In this document: positions 1 to 7,100 of the stretch, one piece after another | Numbering within the stretch: the stretch's first letter is position 1 | How the letters are laid out: the number at the start of each line of letters is the position of its first letter | Notes under the pieces: model-generated | What the model was told of the DNA's origin: nothing | The model's input: the letters and a program-made list of their open reading frames with translations, nothing else | The model's database searches: none | Assembly (NCBI GenBank): GCA_043819075.1 | Contig: JBDRFE010000069.1 | Location: forward strand, 1 to 14,923 | Source of the DNA: an archaeon | GTDB taxonomy: Archaea > Iainarchaeota > Iainarchaeia > Iainarchaeales > 1-14-0-10-31-34 | Reading direction: 5' to 3' | DNA: 14,923 nt | Program-made: the position numbers and the translations under genes

Positions 1-9
1 AATGAAAAA

Positions 10-906
10 ATGTATCCAATTAAAAAAAACACAGAAGACAACTGGTTATACTACGTGTTTGCTGGATTCAAAATTCATTATTATTCTTTAAAAAACCAGG
101 AAAAAAAAGTCAATAGCCTTGCTCTAATAGGCTCTGGAAACGGGGTCGATGCCATAGGCGCACACTACATATTCAAAGAAGCTAATCAAGTTTATCTTAC
201 TGACATTGATCCTGAAACATTGCCACTTGCAATTAAAAATGTCAAAAAAAACAAAAAACCAGGTTCAAATGTAAGCATAAACGGTTTTGTAGGCGATGTA
301 TGCCAACCGCTGGAACAAGAAAACATAAAAGCAGACATGATTTATGCAAATCTTCCTAATATCCCGCTTTGGAAAAACACCCAAACAAATGGGTTTGGGT
401 TATCAACATTTTATACGCCAAGAGAAAAAATCAGAGTGCCTTCAATTTTAAAAAAAAATCTCTTGGAACTGCAACTGCATTTTCTTAATTCCACAAAACC
501 ATGTTTAAATTCAGGCGGAAATGTAATCCAGGTCATAGGCGGGAGGTTTCCTGCAAAAAACTTCAAAATATTATTTGATGAAGCCGGGTTTAATCAACAA
601 CAGCTTTGTGCAGGATTAAAACTACAAACAGAAACAAGAGAAGTTATTAGTGGTTATTCTAAAGCAGAAAAAGAAAACAACAATGAATTCATTTTCTATG
701 ACTATAAAAATGCAGTTAAGTCTCTTAATAAAGGAGGTGAAACTAGTCTTATAACAGGCAAAAAAACAGATTATTTGGAAAAGCGTTTAAAGGATTATTC
801 TATGACTGCAACCCAAGCATTGAAAGAACACAAAAAAGGAATGAAAATAGGGCACACTTGTCATGTATTAAAGGGAAACTTAAAAAACAAAAAACAACCT
901 AAATAA
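10..906 (+). CDS. Class I SAM-dependent methyltransferase, MMT/MmtN (methionine S-methyltransferase)-like; may be 5'-truncated by the window edge
   Basis: Motif I LIGSGNG, acidic motif II TDID, GDV, and IYANLPNIP at the post-beta4 position. C-terminal motifs IGGRFP, LFDEAGF, KLQ, EFIFY and ATQA..KGMKIGH occur in the same order as in MMT/MmtN as I recall them. The frame is open to position 1 (aat gaa aaa atg), so the true start may lie upstream. Confidence 0.8.
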   Translation: MYPIKKNTEDNWLYYVFAGFKIHYYSLKNQEKKVNSLALIGSGNGVDAIGAHYIFKEANQVYLTDIDPETLPLAIKNVKKNKKPGSNVSINGFVGDVCQPLEQENIKADMIYANLPNIPLWKNTQTNGFGLSTFYTPREKIRVPSILKKNLLELQLHFLNSTKPCLNSGGNVIQVIGGRFPAKNFKILFDEAGFNQQQLCAGLKLQTETREVISGYSKAEKENNNEFIFYDYKNAVKSLNKGGETSLITGKKTDYLEKRLKDYSMTATQALKEHKKGMKIGHTCHVLKGNLKNKKQPK

Positions 907-908
907 CT

Positions 909-914
909 GGAGGT
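909..914 (+). promoter_or_regulatory. Shine-Dalgarno site (GGAGGT) for the 921 CDS
   Basis: GGAGGT lies 6 nt before the ATG at 921, just after the stop of the upstream gene, which suggests an operon. Confidence 0.75.
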
Positions 915-920
915 AATTAA

Positions 921-1598
921 ATGGAAAAAATGGATGCAGGAAAACTGTTTGACAACAGAGTAGAAGACTATGATTCATTTGTGAACAGCACAGTAATAGG
1001 CTACGAGAACGTTCTTGACTTGATAAAACAGCTCACAAAAATAATTGTAAAAACCGATTCACCTAAAGTTCTTGACTTAGGAGCAGGAACGGGAAACAGC
1101 AGCATGGCTATCTTGCATGCTTGCCCAAAAGCAAGTATTATTGGTTATGACCTGTCCAAGAAAATGGTTGAAAAAACAAATGAAAGATTCAGTAAATTTG
1201 ACTACAAAGGTGTTTGTGATAACGTACTTAACATAGATTTTGATAATGAATTTGATTTGATTGTGTCCTCGATAGTCCTTCACCATTTAAACGACAAAGA
1301 AAAACAAGAAGTGTATAAGAAAATATTCAAAGCCTTAAAAGGCAAAGGAGTATTTATTTTGGGTGATCTGATGCTGGCTGAAGACAACAGCATTAACAGT
1401 TTCCTGAAAGAACAATGGGAGAACCACATTGTTTATAAAAGAGGAGAAGAATATAAAAATAAAATATTTTCTCTTGAAGACAAACACCATCAATATGCTA
1501 GCCTGAATAACAACCTGAAATTTTTGAAGACAACGGGATTCAAAACAGATGTGATTTACAGGAAACTCAATACAGCAGTAATATTGTGTTATAAGTGA
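921..1598 (+). CDS. Class I SAM-dependent methyltransferase (CmoA-like/Methyltransf_25-type small-molecule MTase)
   Basis: VLDLGAGTG motif I, GYDLSKKM motif II, FDLIVSSIVLHHL, ALKGKGVFILGD; N-terminal FD...YD...Y pattern as in CmoA-like proteins; good SD. Confidence 0.9.
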   Translation: MEKMDAGKLFDNRVEDYDSFVNSTVIGYENVLDLIKQLTKIIVKTDSPKVLDLGAGTGNSSMAILHACPKASIIGYDLSKKMVEKTNERFSKFDYKGVCDNVLNIDFDNEFDLIVSSIVLHHLNDKEKQEVYKKIFKALKGKGVFILGDLMLAEDNSINSFLKEQWENHIVYKRGEEYKNKIFSLEDKHHQYASLNNNLKFLKTTGFKTDVIYRKLNTAVILCYK

Positions 1599-1780
1599 AA
1601 AAAAAAGCCATGCTGTTTTATCCAGATTTAAGTTTCCCTATATTTTTAACTATTATGTGCGTAAGTTGAATAAATGCAAGATTGTTTATGTTGTTAAACA
1701 GTACAAGAAAAGGGACTTGAGTAACCGACATAGCAAAGCACACATGAGTTTAAAACGTCAGACGGAACTATCGTAACCAG

Positions 1781-1797
1781 ATAAAAGAATTTAAAAA
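1781..1797 (+). promoter_or_regulatory. Putative archaeal BRE/TATA promoter for the hydrolase (leaderless)
   Basis: Purine-rich ATAAAAGAA followed by TTTAAAAA (1790-1797), which starts 29 nt before the ATG at 1819; no convincing SD. Confidence 0.45.
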
Positions 1798-1818
1798 CAA
1801 ACAAAAAAAGGTTAAATC

Positions 1819-2730
1819 ATGAAATCAAATCCCAGAAGGGAAGTTAATTTAGGGCAGCATAGGAAAAAAACTATGCTGGAACATTTAAAGAAAACAAAGG
1901 CAAGATTACTTGCCGGAAAGAAAAAAAGAAAACCTTTTTCTGTTCCCTGCAAAATAACACCAATAAAATATAATGGCCAAAAAGTTAACATACACTCAAC
2001 TTTTGTAAAAGGATTCAAAACACCCATAGTTTTTCTTACTGGATTGGGTTGTTCTCAATCAGATTTCAGAAAAGCGTTAGAATCAAAACAACTAAAAGGC
2101 CACACAATATTATTATTTGATTTTCCTGGGCAGGGAACAAACCCAAGGCTTCCGCCTTCAATTCCGCAAAGATTCAAGTTTACGATGGAAGAACTTGCAG
2201 AATTAACCAAAGCAATGCTCGATCATTATGGACTAAAAAAAGTAGCTTTAGTTGGGCACAGCATGGGAGGAATAGTAGGAAGAAAACTTGCTCAAAAACA
2301 CCCTGAAAGAATAGATTTTTTTGTTGATGTTGAAAGCCCATTAGATTTAAGCGAATGCCAAAGATGCATAAAAATAGCAAATGCAAGAGGACAGGAATAC
2401 CCTAAAACTATGACAGAAATAGCAAAAAATTATGCTACTGCAAACAAAAAAGCAGAAGCAAGGCATTCTAATACATTTAAGGGGGCATCACCCCAATCCA
2501 TCAGAAAATATTCCGAATCAATTATCAGGGAAATTGGTAAAAGACACCCGCTAAACGAACTGCCTAAAGGCAACTTTGCTTATTTTGCTGGAGAAAACAA
2601 TAATAGCCCCCAATTAAAGAAGCTTAAAGAAGAAGGGATTCAAGTAATAAGGATCCCAAATTCAGGACATTTTATCATGGAAGACAATCCTCAAAGTTTT
2701 TACGGAAAACTTGCACAACTAATAGGTTGA
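1819..2730 (+). CDS. Alpha/beta fold hydrolase with a Lys/Arg-rich N-terminal extension
   Basis: IVFLTGLG (oxyanion region), FDFPGQG, nucleophile elbow GHSMGG, C-terminal catalytic His in IPNSGHFIMEDNP. Confidence 0.93.
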   Translation: MKSNPRREVNLGQHRKKTMLEHLKKTKARLLAGKKKRKPFSVPCKITPIKYNGQKVNIHSTFVKGFKTPIVFLTGLGCSQSDFRKALESKQLKGHTILLFDFPGQGTNPRLPPSIPQRFKFTMEELAELTKAMLDHYGLKKVALVGHSMGGIVGRKLAQKHPERIDFFVDVESPLDLSECQRCIKIANARGQEYPKTMTEIAKNYATANKKAEARHSNTFKGASPQSIRKYSESIIREIGKRHPLNELPKGNFAYFAGENNNSPQLKKLKEEGIQVIRIPNSGHFIMEDNPQSFYGKLAQLIG

Positions 2731-2747
2731 TTCAGCTACAATAAAAC

Positions 2748-2761
2748 ACTTTCGGCAACCC
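2748..2761 (+). repeat. Left copy of a 14-bp imperfect direct repeat (ACTTTCGGCAACCC) flanking the Fic module
   Basis: 13/14 identical to ACTTTGGGCAACCC at 3881-3894. Confidence 0.55.
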
Positions 2762-2798
2762 CTAAATGAATGCATTTAAAGGCGGTTTTATATAAACC

Positions 2799-2807
2799 AA
2801 AAAAAAA
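2799..2807 (-). terminator. Oligo-T (T9) archaeal-type terminator for the Fic gene
   Basis: An A9 run on the + strand reads T9 on the - strand, about 10 nt after the Fic stop codon. Confidence 0.45.
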
Positions 2808-2816
2808 GCAAAAACC

Positions 2817-3752
2817 TTATTTCAAAAACTCTTTTATTTGCCTGAAAAATTCTTTTAACGTGAATTCAGCTAATTTTTTTGGCAGATCTTTTTCAACCGA
2901 GTCAATCAGCGTTTGAAAATACTGCTCTTTTTTTGATGAAATGTTAAGCAAAGGAAACCCATCATCAATCAGCGTCTTGTTTAAAATCAACCTGCAGATT
3001 CTTTTGTTGCCATCCAAAAAAGGATGAATTTTGTAAAGCCTGTAATGCGCTTGAGCCGCTTTTTCAATCGGATTAAGTTGAGTTGAATTATGCCACCCAA
3101 AAAATGATTCAAGCAATTTGTTAACCTTGCTATAATGCGGTGGCCTGAAAGCAATTTCAGTTCCAAACGGATTTTTTTCGTCTCTTTTTTGCAAATAAAC
3201 CTGCCCAGCTCTAATCTTTCCGGGATTTTTTCCTTCAAAGCTTGCCATAATCGTATTATGCAATTCAAGCAGATAATGCTTGTCCAATACACGTTTTTCT
3301 TTTATTGACTCAACCGCTTTAAGCATATTTTTGCTTACCTGCTCACGCATGCTAAACTGGTTTTCTTTCCCAAAAGCCTGCCTGACATCAGATAAGCTGA
3401 CATCAACATCCTCAGTAGTCAAGGTTGTTAATGTGAAAAGAATTGTGCTGTCAACTTCATATTTTCGCTTTTGAACAGCAGAAAGCGAAGCAAACTTCTT
3501 GTTAAATGCATTCCTGAAAAGCAGTGCTTTTATCAGGTCGTCTTTGGAAATGAATTCATTGAAATAATTCTTTCCTGAAAGTTTTGAAACTATTTCAGCC
3601 CTGAAAGATTGCCCAATCCTTGCAAGCTCACTTTTTGACGGCTTTTTTAAGCCAACATATTTGCTGAAAGTCTTTGATTTGGTTGCAATGAAATAACTTA
3701 AGTCCAAATAATAGTATTTTCTGCCTTTAACCTGTTTCGTGCGAAGCGCCAT
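2817..3752 (-). CDS. Fic (Fido) domain protein with an N-terminal basic beta-sheet extension
   Basis: Fic motif HPFLDGNKRICR (2991-3026); LELH and PGKIR elements; degenerate inhibitory helix TLTTED. Start moved from 3788 to the ATG at 3752 (MALRTKQVKGRKYYYL) because a TATA box ends 24 nt upstream and the extra 12 codons lie in the operator palindrome. Confidence 0.93.
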   Translation of the reverse strand: MALRTKQVKGRKYYYLDLSYFIATKSKTFSKYVGLKKPSKSELARIGQSFRAEIVSKLSGKNYFNEFISKDDLIKALLFRNAFNKKFASLSAVQKRKYEVDSTILFTLTTLTTEDVDVSLSDVRQAFGKENQFSMREQVSKNMLKAVESIKEKRVLDKHYLLELHNTIMASFEGKNPGKIRAGQVYLQKRDEKNPFGTEIAFRPPHYSKVNKLLESFFGWHNSTQLNPIEKAAQAHYRLYKIHPFLDGNKRICRLILNKTLIDDGFPLLNISSKKEQYFQTLIDSVEKDLPKKLAEFTLKEFFRQIKEFLK

Positions 3753-3758
3753 ACTAAT

Positions 3759-3853
3759 AGTTAGGCTGATAAAAGTATTTAAAACCATCAGCCTAACTTT
3801 TCAATCAACTGGTTAGGCTGATAAAAACCGGGCAGAGCATCAGCATAACTTTT
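3759..3853. repeat. Two tandem inverted repeats GTTAGGCTGAT-N16-ATCAGC(C/A)TAAC with a 52-bp period; putative operator
   Basis: Arms at 3760-3770/3787-3797 and 3812-3822/3839-3849. Both spacers are exactly 16 nt but differ in sequence. Left arms are followed by AAAA and right arms by TTTT. Confidence 0.85.
3776..3783 (-). promoter_or_regulatory. TATA box (TTTAAATA) of the Fic gene
   Basis: Consensus archaeal TATA on the - strand, 24-31 nt upstream of the ATG at 3752, inside the spacer of the first palindrome. Confidence 0.65.
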
Positions 3854-3880
3854 TTTGCCAGGCTTTCCAGACAGCAGCGA

Positions 3881-3894
3881 ACTTTGGGCAACCC
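3881..3894 (+). repeat. Right copy of the 14-bp imperfect direct repeat (ACTTTGGGCAACCC)
   Basis: 13/14 identical to 2748-2761. Confidence 0.55.
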
Positions 3895-4074
3895 GCTTAA
3901 CTTTGCGTTAGTACTCTCTTCTTTGCCTTAAAGCTAAATAGTTTGCATAAAACCCAATTTGTTTCAATAGAAGCCTTAAATGCTTGAAGATAAATGGTTA
4001 CATTATAACTCAACCCTATTTAAAGGCTTAAAAGGGTTAAAAAAAAATGTTTTCCTAAAACTCAAACAAAAACT

Positions 4075-4090
4075 TCAACTAATTGGTTGA
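4075..4090. promoter_or_regulatory. 16-bp near-perfect palindrome TCAACTAATTGGTTGA, possible regulator binding site
   Basis: 7 of 8 pairs are complementary; it lies about 90 nt upstream of the 4181 start. Confidence 0.35.
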
Positions 4091-4180
4091 TTGCCTTTAA
4101 CTTAAGCCATAAAAACAAATAAAATAGTGTTTGTAAATAAATTACTGTAATATCTATAAAGAACTTAAGAAGGGGGGTCA

Positions 4181-7100
4181 ATGAAAACAGGCTTTAATGC
4201 AATAACAGCAGTCATGCTTTTTTTTCTTCTTGTTTCAGCGACTGCAGCAGGCAATGGCTTTATTGTCCCGTTATTTGATTCACAAAAAATTTCTGGTTTA
4301 ACTGTCCAAAAACAACCAGAAATAAAAGCTGAACTTAAGCCAAACCTTGAAACACTAAACATTACAGTACAGGAATTTAATGCAATAATACAGGAAACCA
4401 GCATTAAAAAAAGTTTTAGTGTTCAAGGAAAACAAGCTGTTTCAAAAGATTCCACTGAATGCTCTGCTTTAAGTGAAAACCAGAAAATTCCTGCACCAAC
4501 ACAGGCATTGCTTGACATTTCCTGTCAAGGGCAAGCATCTATTGGAGGGTGCTCTGGATTAAATTGCAGTGGCATTCAATCACTTTTATGCAGCTATTGC
4601 TCTAGCGTGAACCCTTCAATAAACCATTTATCTTCCTGCACTCCAAGTTCCTGTCCTTCAGGGTACTTTGACCAAGGAGTTGTCTGTCAACCATCCGGAG
4701 CATGCAATAACTGTGACGGCTCTAACTGCGACTACGACTGTGCCCATCAATCACTTTCATGCACTAGAACCTGCACAACAAATCCCTGCACTAACCCGGA
4801 TTACCCTAATTACTGTGACGGCTACTGCTGGAGTAATTGCTCTAGTGTTGGATTATACGGAGGAAAATGCTGTAATGGTTCCTGGAGATGCTGTAATTCT
4901 TCTAGTTACCCTCAATTATGCTGCCCTGACAGCGGAAACCCAATAATGTGCACAACCCAAAACGATAGCTGTCTTTCAAACGGGTGCTCAGTTAATTATC
5001 CATACAAATGCAACAACAAGTGCTGGAGTTGCCCTACAGGAACAAATTTATGTTGTCCTTCAAGCGGAGACCCATCTCATTGTTGCGGGACAGGACAAGT
5101 CTGCCAAAGCAGCGGAACATGTTATACTCCTCCGACAAATGCAAGAATTTACGGTTACTTAAAAGACCATTACGGCAATCCCCTGCCCGGAAGAACAATG
5201 AGATTAACTGATTGCTCTGACAATACACAATACTCTGATACAACTGAATCAAATGGTTACTGGGAAATAATTGCTCCGGCAAATTCATTCAAGCTAAAAA
5301 CTGATGTGTGGTGGGGTACAATTGTTTGGAATGTCAGTGGACAAGAATGCTATTCTTATAGTGCACAGGATTACTTTCTTGGAGACCTGCAGGTAAACAC
5401 TGAAACAGTAAATTACGGTTACCTTAAAAACGAATACGGAAACGGCTGGAACAATATTTTAGTTGAACTAACCAGCTGTTCAGATAATGTAATAATTTCA
5501 GACAGAACTAATTTAGATGGCTATTTTAATCTCAGGGCATTAAAAGGAAACTACAAGCTAAAAACCCACATGCCTTGGGGTGTAATTGAATGGACTGTTA
5601 ATGAAGTAGAATGCCCATTATATTACTGGAATGAATGGAATATTGGAACACTTCCAATAAACGCTAACGCAATTGTTTCAGGGCAAATTGTCGGGCACCA
5701 AAATAACGGCTTGCAGGGAGTTGAAGCCAAATTAACTCAATGCTTTGGCTCTAATTCATATTCTGATTTCACTGACTTACAAGGAAACTTTTCTGTTAGC
5801 GCGCCAAAAAATTACTATAAATTCCAGACAGTGTTTGGCTGGGGAACAATAAAATGGATTATTGACAACAATGAATGCAATTTATTTACAGGAAACAATA
5901 TTAGCTTGGGAACCCTTCCAAAAATTGATTCAACAATCCACGGTTACTTCCATGATTTGGATAATAATCCTATAAGCGGGTTAAGAGTGGAATTATTTGA
6001 TTGCTCTGATAATTTTGTTGCTTATGTCACTACAAGTTCCACTGGATTTTTTTCAATTTACAATGATGCAGGAAAATACCAGTTAAAAGTTGTTATCCAA
6101 GGTTACAGGATTCCTTTAACTGATTTGCAGGGAAACTCTTGTTTTGTTTTTTTCGGAGACCTTGATTTAGGTACATTGAATATAAATCCTTCAATTAACT
6201 GCTCTGGATTCAATAACACCTGCTATAACAATAACTGGAGACTGTTTTCCTGTTACTTTGATTCAACTGTTCCTTCTTGTGTATGCTATTATGAAGTGTG
6301 CGAGTTTGGCTGCACTGAAAGACAAAATTATTGTAATGCAGGGCAACAGGAATTAATTAAAATTGACGTTGACAGCATAAACAACAATTTTAATGCATTG
6401 CCTGGAGCAAGAATTTACTTGGACAATGAATTCAAGGGAACAACTGATTCTTTCGGAAAAAAAGATGTTTATGCTTTTCCTGGATTCAGAACAATAAAAG
6501 TTTTGTGCCCTGACAGCAGTTTTTGCTCTGAAAAAGGAATTTACCTGAATTCAACTGCATGGGAATACTTTGACTGCTCTTGCGGAATACAAAAAGGGGA
6601 TATTCAAGTAAATGTAGATAATGCAAACGATTATCCTGTTGCCAATGTTTATGTTTTTTTGGATGAAGATTACTCTAAAGAAGCAGGATTAACCAATGCT
6701 TTTGGTTTTACTTATATTGAAGGCATTGCCTTTGGAAGCCATAGAATTGATATAAGATATAAAGTGACAAACCCAGATTACGCAGGAGATTACCAAATAA
6801 CACAATACATTAACTTAAATCAGCCAAAACAAACTGTTGATTTTACTGCAATAATATCATCTTCTTATATAATATCTGATTCAGGAAACTCTGCTGACAA
6901 AAACTTTGGTGCACAAGCTGTTCCGATAGTTGCAGTTGCTTTAGCGGCAGTTGATGTTATTTCTGTAGGATTAAGTACAGAAGAATACTGCAAATGCATA
7001 AACAATGTTGACGGTGAAGCATTTGGCGGCGGATACGAAAACTGTTTTAATTCAATAAAGCAATGCAGTGGAAACATGAAAAGCTGCATTGATGTTATTA

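Noticed and set aside
10..906. Call as prmC/hemK or a DNA adenine methyltransferase
   Set aside because: It has NLPN rather than NPPY/DPPY, and the C-terminal half follows the MMT-like motif order. No gene symbol was assigned.
1599..1780. ncRNA, tRNA or dif-like site in the intergenic region
   Set aside because: Only a 6-bp hairpin (TGTTTA/TAAACA) is present. There is no cloverleaf, no T-loop motif and no correctly spaced TAA-N6-TTA dif core.
3753..3788. ORF-track N-terminal extension of Fic (MVLNTFISLTIS)
   Set aside because: It overlaps the TATA box and operator arms; the ATG at 3752 is at the right distance for a leaderless transcript.
3760..3853. Mini CRISPR array
   Set aside because: The repeats are only 11-15 bp, alternate in orientation and have 14-16 nt gaps. 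There are no cas genes. It fits an operator better.
3791..3913. Integron attC site (GCCTAAC...GCTTAACTTTGCGTTAGTA resembles R''/L'/R' boxes)
   Set aside because: The putative L'' and L' boxes are not complementary, the spacing before GTTAG is short, there is no long stem, and no second site or integrase is seen.
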